Of a DNA stretch of 64,000 bases, positions 19,563-33,792 are shown piece after piece. Made by a program: the position numbers and the translations under genes. The notes below the pieces were generated by a model. That model was not told where the DNA came from, made no database searches, and saw only the letters and a program-made list of their open reading frames with translations. Position 1 is the stretch's first letter; the number at the start of each line of letters is the position of its first letter. Source of the stretch: an uncultured Verrucomicrobiae bacterium (GTDB taxonomy: Bacteria; Verrucomicrobiota; Verrucomicrobiia; Limisphaerales; JAFGQR01); assembly GCA_963788655.1 (NCBI GenBank), contig CAWBHS010000087.1:64001-128000 (forward strand). The letters run 5' to 3'.

Positions 19563-19993
19563 CGGATCCTCCATTCCCGTTGGACGCCGCGGCCCTTGCC
19601 TTTTTGCGCCGGACGCCACTCCAAGCGGACGAGCTGTTTGGTGCGCGTCAACACCAACTGGCCGGGCGGCAGATTGGTCGCCGCGGCGCTCGTGGTGTGA
19701 TACACGTGTTCCCCATCGTCAAATGCCTGCCATTCGCCGGCGGCCAGGATTTCCATCTCGCCATCGACAATCTCCATGGCCACCGCGTCGTAGTAGTACG
19801 CCCGGCACATTTTCATTTCCTGGAAAAAGATGAACGACATCGGAATCAGCGCCAGGGCGATGATGCCCATGGCAATGATGAGTTCGGTAATCAAGAGCCC
19901 GCGTTGCCGGAGGTTGCAACGGCGGCTTTGGCGACTGAAGTCGAGAATGTTACTGGTCTTCGGGACGATCATGGATGGAATTGAAATGTGCAT
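19559..19993 (-). CDS. Prepilin-type (PilV/GspI-like) protein
   Basis: RQRG|LLITELIIAMGIIALALI; TAATG overlap with the upstream gene. Confidence 0.8.
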   Translation of the reverse strand: MHISIPSMIVPKTSNILDFSRQSRRCNLRQRGLLITELIIAMGIIALALIPMSFIFFQEMKMCRAYYYDAVAMEIVDGEMEILAAGEWQAFDDGEHVYHTTSAAATNLPPGQLVLTRTKQLVRLEWRPAQKGKGRGVQREWRIR

Positions 19994-21189
19994 TACCACA
20001 AAACAGCTTGTTGGAGCAGGTCCACAAAGGTGCCGAACAGGCCCAGGGCCATGAAGCCAACCAGAATCCCGTTGAACACGATTAATCCGGTCGTGAGCAG
20101 TTGCGTGGCCGCCTGTTCCTGCTGGAAGGCTTTGGCTTCGAGGTTTTCCAACCAACCGGACAAAGCGGCCAGGAATCCGGTTTGGCCGTGACGGGCATTG
20201 CGCACCCGCCATTGGAGTTCCTGCGCACGGTCCAGAGACTGGAGGGCCTCGAGCAACGAAGCACCTTCCTCCAGGCGGCGCGTGGCGGTGGCGGCTTGCT
20301 GGATCATCACCCGGTTGTCCGTACATTCGGCAGCCAGGCCGATGGCGGTGCTTTCCGGCACCCCGGCATCCAGCAACGTGGCCAGCATGGCGGCGAAGTC
20401 CCGCTGCAATCGTTTTCGTCGCCACGGCATGCGGATCGCGCCCCAATCCATGATCGGTTGGAGGAAATCGTCGCCCCAGTGCTTCAACCGGGGCCCGATC
20501 GCAAACACGAAGATCAGCAACCACAGGAGCAATGTAAGGCCGATCTCGATCGCGGCCCCCCAAGTGGTCCCGCGGACGACAAAATCCAGGAAAGTAGTTT
20601 CTTCCAAACCCATTTCGTGAGCGATCATCAGGAACTGCGGAAAGATGAAGATCTTCAGGAAAATGAACATGATCGGCAATACCGGCATCACAAAAACCAG
20701 CAGTAATAACAAGTAATTGAGTGCGCTGCGGGTTTGGGAAACCCCGTCGTGGAGCAAGCGCCGGCAGGCCGGCAGGATCTTGCGCAAGTCGCCCAATTGC
20801 GCGCCGGCTTTCAACATGGCAACGATCTGCGGCGGCAGGAGGGATGGCACGCGAACCAGGGCTTCCTCGAACCGCAGTCCGCTTTCAAGGTGCGCCGCCA
20901 GTAAATGGAATCGCGGGCCCACACTCCGCTCGCGGCTGAGCGAAATGCTGACAATCGTTTGCTCGGGCGTGGTTCCGGACTTGAGCCCGATTTCCAACAG
21001 GTCCAACAACAGTCGCGCCCGTTCTTTGCGCCGCAGCGGCAAACTGACGACGTAAAAAACGCCGTAGGGCAACGCCAGCACAAACAGCGAGACGATCAAC
21101 AGGCAAACTGCCAGCAGCCAAAACGCCGCACTGTTGAAGGCTGTCTCGAAGAAGTAGTCCATGTTCGCCAAGTAATCGTTATTGGCCAA
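19993..21189 (-). CDS. Type II secretion system F family protein
   Basis: Two GspF-type domains (LESGLRFEEAL...AMLKAG; FAAMLATLLDAGVP). Start uncertain. Confidence 0.85.
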   Translation of the reverse strand: MANNDYLANMDYFFETAFNSAAFWLLAVCLLIVSLFVLALPYGVFYVVSLPLRRKERARLLLDLLEIGLKSGTTPEQTIVSISLSRERSVGPRFHLLAAHLESGLRFEEALVRVPSLLPPQIVAMLKAGAQLGDLRKILPACRRLLHDGVSQTRSALNYLLLLLVFVMPVLPIMFIFLKIFIFPQFLMIAHEMGLEETTFLDFVVRGTTWGAAIEIGLTLLLWLLIFVFAIGPRLKHWGDDFLQPIMDWGAIRMPWRRKRLQRDFAAMLATLLDAGVPESTAIGLAAECTDNRVMIQQAATATRRLEEGASLLEALQSLDRAQELQWRVRNARHGQTGFLAALSGWLENLEAKAFQQEQAATQLLTTGLIVFNGILVGFMALGLFGTFVDLLQQAVLW

Positions 21190-21237
21190 TCCAGTTCATA
21201 GTCCAGCAACGCCGGTGATGAAAAAGTTCGTTCCCAT

Positions 21238-22248
21238 TTAAAACATTGGCATCAGCAGCATATTCAGCGTCTGCACGAAACCCATAACGAACGGCAGCAT
21301 CTGCGCGACGATCAACAGCCCCAGCGCGAGGATCGATACGGGCAAGGCCGCGTACAACGCCATTTCGATATGATGCATGGCCCGGCGATAATAAATCTCC
21401 GCGGCGTTGCGCAGTCCGCCGACCCAGTCTTCGCCCGCGCTGGCCACCAGCCACACAAACAGTGGCGGAACGACCTTGCCGCCGGCGGCCAGATCCGGGA
21501 ACCGCGCTTGCCCGGCCGCCAACCGTTCCTGCCAGCGGGCCAGTTCCGGCTCCAACGGTTGTTTGGCTTCGAGGTGCCGCAATAGTTCAAGTGCCTCCCG
21601 GGGTTGGCATCCCTGGCTTAGCAGTAACGCAAAAGCCGCTGCGAATTGAGAAAGGCTGGCTTCCCGAAAGGCCGGGATTCTCCACCGCAACCATCGCCGG
21701 CACGGAGGCACCAACAAGGCCACGAGCAGTCCGACGGTGATTAAGGCAATCAGGGACACCGGCACCCATTGGGCCAGGGGAAACATCAGTTCACTGACGC
21801 TGGATGAGCCTCCCGCATTGAACAGATCGCTCATTACGCCCGGCTCGCCATAGTACAACGCCGTGAACAGGCTCGCCAGGGCGATGGACAGGATTAATGA
21901 AGTCACAAAGACAATCACCGGATAGACCATCAAACCTTTGAGCCGGGTCCAGACCGAATTGACCTGCTGATAGTAATCGCCCAGGAGTAGCAGGACGCCC
22001 GGCAGGTTGTTGCTCGCGATGCCCACGCGCAGCATGGCCACGTAAAACTCCGGCAGCCGCCGCGCCCCCAGCGCCTGTTCCGCCGGCGTGCCTTGAGCCA
22101 GATCGGCTTCGAGTTTTTCCAACTCGGTGCGTAGCGTGCCATGCCGCATGGTCGCGCAGAGCTGTTTCAACGCACCCTCCAGCGGCAGCCCGGACTTGAG
22201 CATGCCGGCCAACTGCTGATTCACAAACGCCAGTTCGTCATATTTCAT
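21238..22248 (-). CDS. Second type II secretion system F family protein
   Basis: ELAFVNQQLAGMLKSGLPLEGAL...FYVAMLRVG...LMVYP. Confidence 0.85.
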   Translation of the reverse strand: MKYDELAFVNQQLAGMLKSGLPLEGALKQLCATMRHGTLRTELEKLEADLAQGTPAEQALGARRLPEFYVAMLRVGIASNNLPGVLLLLGDYYQQVNSVWTRLKGLMVYPVIVFVTSLILSIALASLFTALYYGEPGVMSDLFNAGGSSSVSELMFPLAQWVPVSLIALITVGLLVALLVPPCRRWLRWRIPAFREASLSQFAAAFALLLSQGCQPREALELLRHLEAKQPLEPELARWQERLAAGQARFPDLAAGGKVVPPLFVWLVASAGEDWVGGLRNAAEIYYRRAMHHIEMALYAALPVSILALGLLIVAQMLPFVMGFVQTLNMLLMPMF

Positions 22249-23330
22249 TCGCCCAATACCCTTTCGCATTCCCGCAGATCCGTTACTCCGTCCCGTACCA
22301 TTTCCTGCGCCGCCGTTTTCAAGGTGTGCGTCGGTTGAATGGCCGGTGGCCCATGAACGCGCATTTGGCCCCGGCTGGTTTCATCGGCGCGAAACCATTC
22401 CACCAAGGGCAGGCGGCCCCGGTAGCCGGTTTTCAAACAGGTATCGCAGCCCACGCCGGCACAGTCCGGACACAACCGCCGCACCAATCGCTGGTTCAAA
22501 ATCAATTCCAACGCCGAGACAACTGCATGCGCGTCGGGACACAGTACCAACAGCCGTTCCAACACGCCCCGGCAGGATCCGGCGTGCAGCGTGGTAATGA
22601 CCAAGTGCCCCGTCGAAGCCGCGCGCACAACAATGCCTGCCGTTTCTTCATCGCGGATTTCGCCTATGATCAGCACTTGCGGATCCTGACGCAACAAATG
22701 CCGCGCGGCTTTCGCGAACGTCAAGCCGCGCGCTTCGTTGACTTCGGTCTGCATCGTGCCCGGGATGATCTGCTCCACCGGGTCTTCGACCGTGATAATA
22801 TGCTTTCCGCCCAATGCGGTCATGCAGGTTAGACAGGCGTGGATGGTAGTCGTTTTGCCGCTGCCCGCCGGTCCAGTCAACAGGATCAGGCCGGACGGCC
22901 GTCGCAGACACTGCTCCAGTTCGGCGCAGCTTCTGCCGGCAATTGAAGGTCGGACAGCGATTGGGCCGCCGTTTCGTGAAACAGTCGCAGCACAATTTTC
23001 TCGCCCGTGACCGTGGGATACGTGGACACGCGCAAATCATGATGCGTTCCGAGGTCCACCCGGTCAATGCGCCCGTCCTGCGGCAGCGACTCCTGGTAGG
23101 TTTTCAGTCGGGCCAGATATTTAATGCGGCCAAAGACTCGTTCCGCCAGATGCTTCCGGAATCGGTTGGGTGGGTGTCATGACGCCATCAAGGCGAAAGG
23201 CGACTTCGGCAATCTTGCCGACCATCTGCAAATGCACGTCGCTGGCGCCCGCGCGTTCCGCGGTGCGCACGAGTATCTCGAGATGTTCCGGGGCCGAGGC
23301 TGACGGTGATTTTGATGACTTGGCGTTCAT
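22245..23330 (-). CDS. Short GspE/PulE-family ATPase (frameshifted)
   Basis: ASDVHL..FRLDG, PQDG, GEKIVLRL, GPAGSGKTTT, TVEDPVE, LRQDP..IIGEIRD, TGHLVITTLH and CxxC..CxxC across frames. Confidence 0.9.
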
Positions 23331-23544
23331 GGTTGTGCGCGATGTAAGTGTCAATCAACATGTCGGGCGGGTCGCGAAAGGACAAGCCAAAGAATGCGCT
23401 TTGCGCTTGTGCCACCGGATTCTGGAGGCGCATGTTGAGGTCAATGAAACCAGTCTTCATTTGGCCTGCCAGTGACATAATCCAGACCTCGGGCGGGAAA
23501 GCCATCAGGCGTCATTCAAACGTCGTGAACCAGTCGTGCTGGCG

Positions 23545-23748
23545 AAAGCGGGAGCAAGCTCCACGCACTCCAAACGCTGCGCGAGGTTTGACCGGGTTGG
23601 TTGGCAAGGTCGCGCCAGCGTTTGGAGTGCGTCCAGCTTGCCGGCGCTTTCGCATGCAGGACGGTCGTGTGTGGTTGCAGGCCACGGCTTTTAGCCTCGG
23701 GCTGAAGAAGTCTCATGAATGCGGCAAAGCACCGCACGCACTCCATGA
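23545..23748. repeat. Family B REP cluster (3 copies)
   Basis: aaagcgggagcaagctccacgcactccaaacgct; cgccagcgtttggagtgcgtccagcttgccggcgcttt; a degenerate copy at about 23720. Confidence 0.85.
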
Positions 23749-25201
23749 TACGGAAGTTCTAAAGCGCAGGTCGGCTTGCCTCTTCCTCATCGTTGCCAAT
23801 TGTCTTTGGGGCACCTTTGAACCTTCAGCAACCGTCGCGGCGCCCGCCGCTTCCGAAACCGTCTGGAGCGCTGGCCCGCACTTGTTCCTCGACGCGTCAA
23901 TGGTTGTGGCTTCGTCAAACTTGCAGCGATCATTTTGCCCGCCCTCCCGGTTGCCCGATCCTGTGGTCACCGGCTACGAAGATGGCAATTTCCAACCTTA
24001 CGTGACCGTGATTCAAGACGCCGCAACCGGCCGGTTTCGGATGTGGTACAACACGCCGCGCACACCACACAACGCCGGCGAATCAAGCCTCGCCCACCTC
24101 GAATCCAAGGATGGCATACACTGGCTGCGTCCCGCCCGGGTGCTCCGCGATCCGGCACCAATCCAATTTGGCGCCAGCATCATTGACGACGGTCCCAATG
24201 CCAAACCGCCCAAGCAACGATTCAAGTTCGCCTGGTGGAAGTCCGGCGGTCTGCAGATCGCCACCTCGCCCGATGGCCTCGCTTGGACCCCGCTCGTCTC
24301 CGGGGTGGTGCTGCCCGCCAATCACGACATCACCAGCATTCATTGGGATCCCTTGCGTCGTCGTTATCTGACGTTGTTGTCGTTTGTTTTGAATGACGGT
24401 CCCTGGCCTGGCCGACGGATTCCTTATGAGAGTGTCAGCAGCGACTTGGTTCATTGGCGCAAGCCGTGGCCGATTATCGCGCCGGAACCGAATGTTCCCC
24501 GCGAAAAAGGCCGGACTGAGTTCTACAGCATGAGCGCGGTGTTGGCTCGCGGCAATCTGCTGGTCGCCATGGTAAAAGTTTTGCGCGACGACCTGAACTG
24601 CGAACCGGATAAGACTGCCGCCGAACTCCATGATCCCGGTCGGCCACACGCGGGCATTGGCTACACCGTGGTTGCCTGGAGCCGGGACGGCGAGCATTGG
24701 GAGCGTGGCACGGAACCATTCCTGGATCGCAATCCGCAATCGGGAACGTGGGACCGTGCCATGGCCTGGATCGACGATCAGGTGTTAGTGGACGACTTCA
24801 CTTATTTCTACTACGGCGGTTACCGCTGGGGCCACAAGGCCGACCGTTTCACCGGGCGTCAAATTGGCTTCGCCCAAATGCGGCGTGACCGTTACTTGGC
24901 TTATGTCGCCGGGGAGGAAAGCGGTTGGTTGCGCACCCAACCGGCGCGAATACACCAAGCGCTTCAAATGACGGTGAATGCCCAAGTCGATCCCGAGCAG
25001 GGCGAACTCCGGGTGCGGGTGGTCGAAGCCGGTGGCCGCGCTTTGGTGGGATTCGATTGGGAGGATTGCCGCCCTGTCCGCGGCGACCGGATCAACCATC
25101 CGATTGCCTGGAAGGGGCGCAACGCCACTTTGGAAGGCAAGCCGGTCCGATTCGAATTTCGCCTCAGCCACGGAAAGATGTTCGCCTTCGAGCTTCAGTG
25201 A
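23654..25201 (+). CDS. Exported five-bladed beta-propeller glycoside-hydrolase-like protein
   Basis: HLFLD, FRMWY, Asp-box-like SKDGIHW/SPDGLAW/SSDLVHW/SRDGEHW, and a C-terminal beta-sandwich (VRFEFRL...FAF). Start uncertain. Confidence 0.7.
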   Translation: MQDGRVWLQATAFSLGLKKSHECGKAPHALHDTEVLKRRSACLFLIVANCLWGTFEPSATVAAPAASETVWSAGPHLFLDASMVVASSNLQRSFCPPSRLPDPVVTGYEDGNFQPYVTVIQDAATGRFRMWYNTPRTPHNAGESSLAHLESKDGIHWLRPARVLRDPAPIQFGASIIDDGPNAKPPKQRFKFAWWKSGGLQIATSPDGLAWTPLVSGVVLPANHDITSIHWDPLRRRYLTLLSFVLNDGPWPGRRIPYESVSSDLVHWRKPWPIIAPEPNVPREKGRTEFYSMSAVLARGNLLVAMVKVLRDDLNCEPDKTAAELHDPGRPHAGIGYTVVAWSRDGEHWERGTEPFLDRNPQSGTWDRAMAWIDDQVLVDDFTYFYYGGYRWGHKADRFTGRQIGFAQMRRDRYLAYVAGEESGWLRTQPARIHQALQMTVNAQVDPEQGELRVRVVEAGGRALVGFDWEDCRPVRGDRINHPIAWKGRNATLEGKPVRFEFRLSHGKMFAFELQ

Positions 25202-25267
25202 TCATTGCCTACACGAAAAGTGGTGGCAAAGCATGTTGGCTCGCTTTCGTCGTCCAATCATCATTTA

Positions 25268-25399
25268 GCGCCTCTTTTAAAACTCCAGCCGGTCCGTAGC
25301 AACCGACGTGAGGAGGCGCATTTTTCCTCGGAAAACCGCGATGCATCCGAGATGAATGAGCCTCCTTACGTCGGCTGCTACCATTTTTCAAACAGGCTT
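25268..25399 (-). mobile_element. About 130-bp MITE: family A REP doublet inside (GA)GCCTGTTT(G/T)AAAA TIRs
   Basis: The reverse complement aligns end to end with 47168-47299. Confidence 0.85.
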
Positions 25400-25602
25400 T
25401 TAGGGGCTGACTTTAGCGAAGTGAGATTGTTTCTGAGGTCGGGTTTTCGCGAGCTTCGCATACTTTGCGGTTAACTCACCGAGTCATTTCTTCAGCAAAG
25501 CAATCCGGTTCCGAAACCTTAGCTGCCTTCGGATTCTGGCCTTCGGTTTTCTACTCCGCTTTGTTGTCGCGCAAATTAGCCGAGGCCCTAAGATAGCGTC
25601 CG

Positions 25603-26241
25603 ATGAACCAACGTCGGCGCGCCATTTTGATTGCGGGAATTGTCATCGGGGCCATCTGGCTGATGGCCTGGATTGGGCATCGCCTTGCGCTCAATTCCCG
25701 GATGACCGCGGAGAAGGTACGCCAGTACGTGCATTCGGTGGACTTCGGGAGGTTGTCCGGAAAGGAACGCGCCCGCGCGTTGACCGAGCTGGCCGACAAG
25801 TTGAATGCCTTGCCGTACGACGAACGACGGCGGGTGCGCATGCGGCGCGAATGGGAAGGCTGGTTTCCCCTGATGACCGAAAGCGAAAAGGATCAATTCA
25901 TCGAAGCCACTTTTCCTGCGGGCATCAAACAGATGATCACGGCGTTCGAGCGCCTGCCCGAGGATCGGCGCCGTCGGGCTATTGACGAGTCACTGCGTCG
26001 GTTGCGCGAGGCCCAAGCGCAGGACGCCGAGCAGGCTGGACAGCCACCCGAGGCTGGTGGGCGAACCAAAGAGCCGCCGCCGATCAGCCCGGAACTGGAA
26101 CAGAAGATCCGCACGTTGGGGCTGAAGACATTTTTTGCCGAGAGTTCGGCCCAAACGAAGGCGGAGGTGGCGCCGCTCCTCGAGGAAATCCAGCGGATCA
26201 TCGAGTCGGGTGGTCGGATTCATCGGAGGCCGTTTAAGTGA
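25603..26241 (+). CDS. Hypothetical membrane-anchored helical protein
   Basis: N-terminal TM segment and charged helical body; GTGA-coupled to the following prepilin; TAAGAT 8 nt upstream of ATG. Confidence 0.75.
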   Translation: MNQRRRAILIAGIVIGAIWLMAWIGHRLALNSRMTAEKVRQYVHSVDFGRLSGKERARALTELADKLNALPYDERRRVRMRREWEGWFPLMTESEKDQFIEATFPAGIKQMITAFERLPEDRRRRAIDESLRRLREAQAQDAEQAGQPPEAGGRTKEPPPISPELEQKIRTLGLKTFFAESSAQTKAEVAPLLEEIQRIIESGGRIHRRPFK

Positions 26242-27068
26242 GAGCCGAACAAACATTCCGGCATCGCGAAACGGCACGTGCCCCGTCGCGCCAGCGTTTG
26301 GAGTGCGTCCGGCTTGCCGGCGCTTGCGAATCGGAGCGCGCCGTTATCGAAGAATCTGCCGGGCGATTTGCTGACCGACGCCAAACCCGTAACGCAGAGT
26401 TGCACTCGGCTGACTCTGCTCGGCCAGTCTCACCACGAAAGCGGGAGCAAGCTCCGCGCACTCCAGACGCTGCGCGAGCTGCGAATGCCAACGATGCTGC
26501 GCTCACACGCAAAAGTTCGAACCCCACCGTGCCCGGCTTCACCCTGATTGAGTTGCTCCTGGTGATTGGGATTATTGCCATCCTGGCCGCGTTGTTGTTG
26601 CCCGTCATCAGCCGGGTCAAGGAACAGGGGCGGGCTACGGCGTGCTTGAGCAACTTGCACCAGGTGGGCATCGCGCTGCAATTGTATGTGCAGGACAATG
26701 ATAACCGGCTGCCGGTGATGTACGACGCCTTGCTGAGCACCAACGCGCCGGCCACCACCAACCGCGCGACCATCGATTTGGTGCTCACCAATTACCTGGG
26801 TGCCCCCGGCATTCTGCGCTGCCCGTCCGACGACAAACAGTTGTTCGCGCAAACCGGCTCGAGCTACGCCTGGAACGTGCTGGTGAATGGACAGAATGCG
26901 GATCACTTGCACGTGATGGACCTGGATTTTGATCCGCATAACATCCCCTTGGTGTTCGACAAGGAAGGCTTCCACCGCGCCCGCGGCCAAGGGAAAGAGC
27001 TGAATTATCTTTACGCCGACGGACGCATCCAAAACCTGCTGGTCCTCGAAGGAACCCGCCGGCCATGA
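26238..27068 (+). CDS. Prepilin-type N-methylation / H-X9-DG (DUF1559-like) protein with a 100-aa leader containing a REP doublet
   Basis: [42 protein letters not shown]...NYLYADG. Confidence 0.9.
   Translation: MRAEQTFRHRETARAPSRQRLECVRLAGACESERAVIEESAGRFADRRQTRNAELHSADSARPVSPRKREQAPRTPDAARAANANDAALTRKSSNPTVPGFTLIELLLVIGIIAILAALLLPVISRVKEQGRATACLSNLHQVGIALQLYVQDNDNRLPVMYDALLSTNAPATTNRATIDLVLTNYLGAPGILRCPSDDKQLFAQTGSSYAWNVLVNGQNADHLHVMDLDFDPHNIPLVFDKEGFHRARGQGKELNYLYADGRIQNLLVLEGTRRP
26286..26477. repeat. Family B REP doublet within the prepilin leader
   Basis: Same two arms and order as the reverse complement of intergenic 55748-55894. Confidence 0.85.
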
Positions 27069-27997
27069 TTGAATTGCGTCAAGTCACCAAGCGTTTTGGC
27101 CAGCGGTTGGCCGTGGACAACCTGTCGGTGCATGTGCCGACGGGGGAAATCTATGGATTACTCGGCCACAACGGTGCCGGCAAAAGTACGGCCATCGGCA
27201 TGATGCTGGGCCAGGTCTGGCCGACGCAGGGCGAAGTGCGGCTGTGCGGTTTTGGCGTCACGACGCAGCGGCAGCGCGCCTTGCAGCAGGTGGGTGCCAT
27301 CTTTGAAACCCCGGCGTTTTACGATTACCTCAGCGGTTGGCGGAACCTCGAAATTCTCAGCACTTACACCGCCCGGACGCCGCCGCAGCGGATTCGTGAA
27401 GTCATCGAGTGGGTGGGACTGACGGGACGGGCGGAGTCCAAGGTCAAGACCTATTCGCACGGCATGCGGGCGCGGTTGGCCATTGCGCAAGCCTTGCTGC
27501 CGGAGCCCAAACTGTTGATCCTGGACGAACCGGGCGATGGACTTGATCCCGAGGGTATCCATGAAATGCGGCAAACGATTCTACGGTTGCACCGCGAACT
27601 GGGGCTGACGCTCCTGCTGTCTTCGCATTTGTTGGTGGAAGTGGAACAATTGTGTACGCGCATTGCCGTGTTGAACCAGGGCCGGTTGGTGTTCGAAGGA
27701 ACCCTGGCACAGGCGCAGCAGACGCAGCATTGGGTGCGGCTCGTTACCAACGACTTTGCCGCGGCGAGCGCGCAGTTGCGGCAGGCGGGTTTGATCGAAG
27801 CGGCACGAGACGACCAACGGGTGCGGTTGGCGGCTGGCGTGGGCGTCGATCAACTGGTGCGGCAGTTGGTGGAATGGGACTTTTCGATTTTTGAAGTGGC
27901 ACCGGAGAAGCACACGCTCGAGGATTTTTACCTGGACTTGATGAAGCAACCTTCCACCGCTTCCAAACGCGACATGCCGGCAGGTGTGCAAACGTGA
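27065..27997 (+). CDS. ABC transporter ATP-binding protein (ABC-2 exporter type)
   Basis: [27 protein letters not shown]. Confidence 0.95.
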   Translation: MIELRQVTKRFGQRLAVDNLSVHVPTGEIYGLLGHNGAGKSTAIGMMLGQVWPTQGEVRLCGFGVTTQRQRALQQVGAIFETPAFYDYLSGWRNLEILSTYTARTPPQRIREVIEWVGLTGRAESKVKTYSHGMRARLAIAQALLPEPKLLILDEPGDGLDPEGIHEMRQTILRLHRELGLTLLLSSHLLVEVEQLCTRIAVLNQGRLVFEGTLAQAQQTQHWVRLVTNDFAAASAQLRQAGLIEAARDDQRVRLAAGVGVDQLVRQLVEWDFSIFEVAPEKHTLEDFYLDLMKQPSTASKRDMPAGVQT

Positions 27998-28030
27998 ATC
28001 CAAACTCAACCATGAAGAAAGGCGTATCCC

Positions 28031-28604
28031 ATGCCCACAGAACCCAGATTTGAAGCCAACGAAAACCATATCGTGCCGTCCCTGCGTGAAGTCGCACAGG
28101 CCAAAGGCATGAATTTCGCCGAAGTTGGTGGTCGCCATCCCAGTTGAGAACAATCGCTGGGTGGGCACCGACCGCCACCACGTGCTGGTGAGCGATGCCG
28201 CCGAGGTGGTGGAATGGCGCGTCGAAACGCTGAGCGAATTGTGTCGCGGCGACCATCAACCGCCGCCCCACCTGGACCGGTTTCCGCCGGAATATGTACC
28301 GCTCTTCTTTTACCTCGAGTCGCAAATCATCACGTTCTGCAAGGCCTTCGGCGATAAAAGCGATCAGGAATTCGAGGAAATCTATGGTAGTTTGCGGCGG
28401 CGTCCGGAAGGCCGCAGCCTGGGGCCATTGCACGATTTTCTCTGGCAGGTTTGCGCGGTGATGCTGGCCACCCGCATCGTCAGCCAGGCGGAGTTCGAAG
28501 GTGTGATTGGGGCTTTGTTGCGGTCGGCGAAACGCTGGGCCGTGCGCCCAATTTCGCGCAACTACATGAATTACCTGCACCAGACGGTGGAACGTGGTTT
28601 ATGA
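28031..28604 (+). CDS. Hypothetical protein (probable frameshift near 28122)
   Basis: MPTEPRFEANENHIVPSLREV... joins ORF 28125-28604; ATGA-coupled to the permease. Confidence 0.6.
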
Positions 28605-29464
28605 CGGGCGCGGAGACATCGAACGGGCGGCCGCGGATCGGGGTCATGTTCTGGCTCCAATTGCGCAACGAGTTGTGGAAGCTCTTCGGCAAGAAGCGCA
28701 CTTACATCGGCTTCGGGATGTTCCTCGCGGCGCAACTGACCATCGTGCTCATCTTTTATTACAATGACAGCGCGCGGCGGCATTTGACGGCAGCCGGCGA
28801 AGAGTTCTTTTCCAGTCTCACCTGCGCCACGGTGATGATCCTGCCACTGGCCTTTATCCTCCTGCCGCTTTACGTGGCGTTGGTGGGCGGCGACCTGGTG
28901 GCCAAGGAAGCGGAGGACGGCACCTTGCGAATGATCCTCGCCCGACCCGTCTCACGCGTGCGGTTGCTGCTGTTGAAATGGTTCGCCGGGGTGATCTTTT
29001 CCGCCGGGCTGGTCGTGGCGCTGGGTGGCCTCGCGCTCTTGTTTGCGTCGATCTGGTTTCCGTGGAGCGATATGTATGTGCTGATTCCGGGCGAAATGAT
29101 TTCCGCGTTCGATCCGGCTACCGGCTGGCAGCGTTACGTGAGCGCGCACTTGTTCATGATCATCAAGGCGGCCACGATCATTTCGCTGGCCTTCATGTTT
29201 TCCTGCTTCAACGTCAAACCCGCGGCGGCCACCATTCTGGCACTCTCATTTATTTTTGCCGACCACATCCTGCGGAGCATTCCCTATTTCGCAGACCTCA
29301 AACATTGGTTCATCACCTACCATCTCAACGTCTGGCAATACCTGCTGGCCCAGCCCATCCCGTGGTGGCGCGTGGGCGAATCGATGTGCATTCTTTTGGG
29401 ATTTAACGTGACCTTCCTGGTCATCGGCTGCACCGCGTTTCACGTGCGGGACATTAAGTCGTGA
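28601..29464 (+). CDS. ABC-2 transporter permease
   Basis: LRNELWKLF, GGDLVAKEAEDGTLRMILARPVSR..LLLLK, FHVRDI. Confidence 0.9.
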   Translation: MTGAETSNGRPRIGVMFWLQLRNELWKLFGKKRTYIGFGMFLAAQLTIVLIFYYNDSARRHLTAAGEEFFSSLTCATVMILPLAFILLPLYVALVGGDLVAKEAEDGTLRMILARPVSRVRLLLLKWFAGVIFSAGLVVALGGLALLFASIWFPWSDMYVLIPGEMISAFDPATGWQRYVSAHLFMIIKAATIISLAFMFSCFNVKPAAATILALSFIFADHILRSIPYFADLKHWFITYHLNVWQYLLAQPIPWWRVGESMCILLGFNVTFLVIGCTAFHVRDIKS

Positions 29465-30073
29465 GGGAGGGGATGCCGGATACCAGATGCCAGATACCAG
29501 ATGCCGGATTGGGAAGGGTAGCTCCCAATGTCCGGTAGGATTCGGCGGAATATCGTCCGACCAGGCTGGTGCCGCCCTCTTGGTGGCGTTGCGGTTCATC
29601 AGGCCATTGGCCCGCCGCCATTACGCTTGAAATCTATTCGTGTCGCGTGGATTACCGTTCGCTGATCCGCAGTGCTATCGCGGGTCGTACTTTCAATTAA
29701 GGATCTTCACCGAGCCGCCGACGGACCCCGTGCCATACGATTTGCCATCGATCTCGAGGGTGGGTTGGACATTGGGGATTGGCCATTCTCTGGTCCTTGG
29801 ATATTGGTCATTGGTCATTTCCCTGTCGCTGCTTTGCGGCATTTGTCATCGGCAAGGCAAGGGATGTTGTTACTTTGGCAAAATAGGTGAGGGCACTTCG
29901 GGGACGGAAAACCTAGTTTGGAACCACGATGACCGGTGGAGTTTTCCGGGTGTTGTTTTCTGCTCCCGCGGAGGGTTCGAAACGAACCAACTCAGCCCGA
30001 GACGGGCATTCGGCCCGGCAATCATCGTGATGCTGGAAGGCATCGTTCGCAGTGGTTGACTGATTTTTACTGA

Positions 30074-33782
<3,709 letters not shown>

Positions 33783-33792
33783 TGATTAGACC

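Noticed and set aside
23348..23760. Family B REPs translated at the N-terminus of the propeller GH
   Set aside because: Ambiguous: a single indel after ATG 23745 would give a normal MIRKFLKRRS-type signal peptide.
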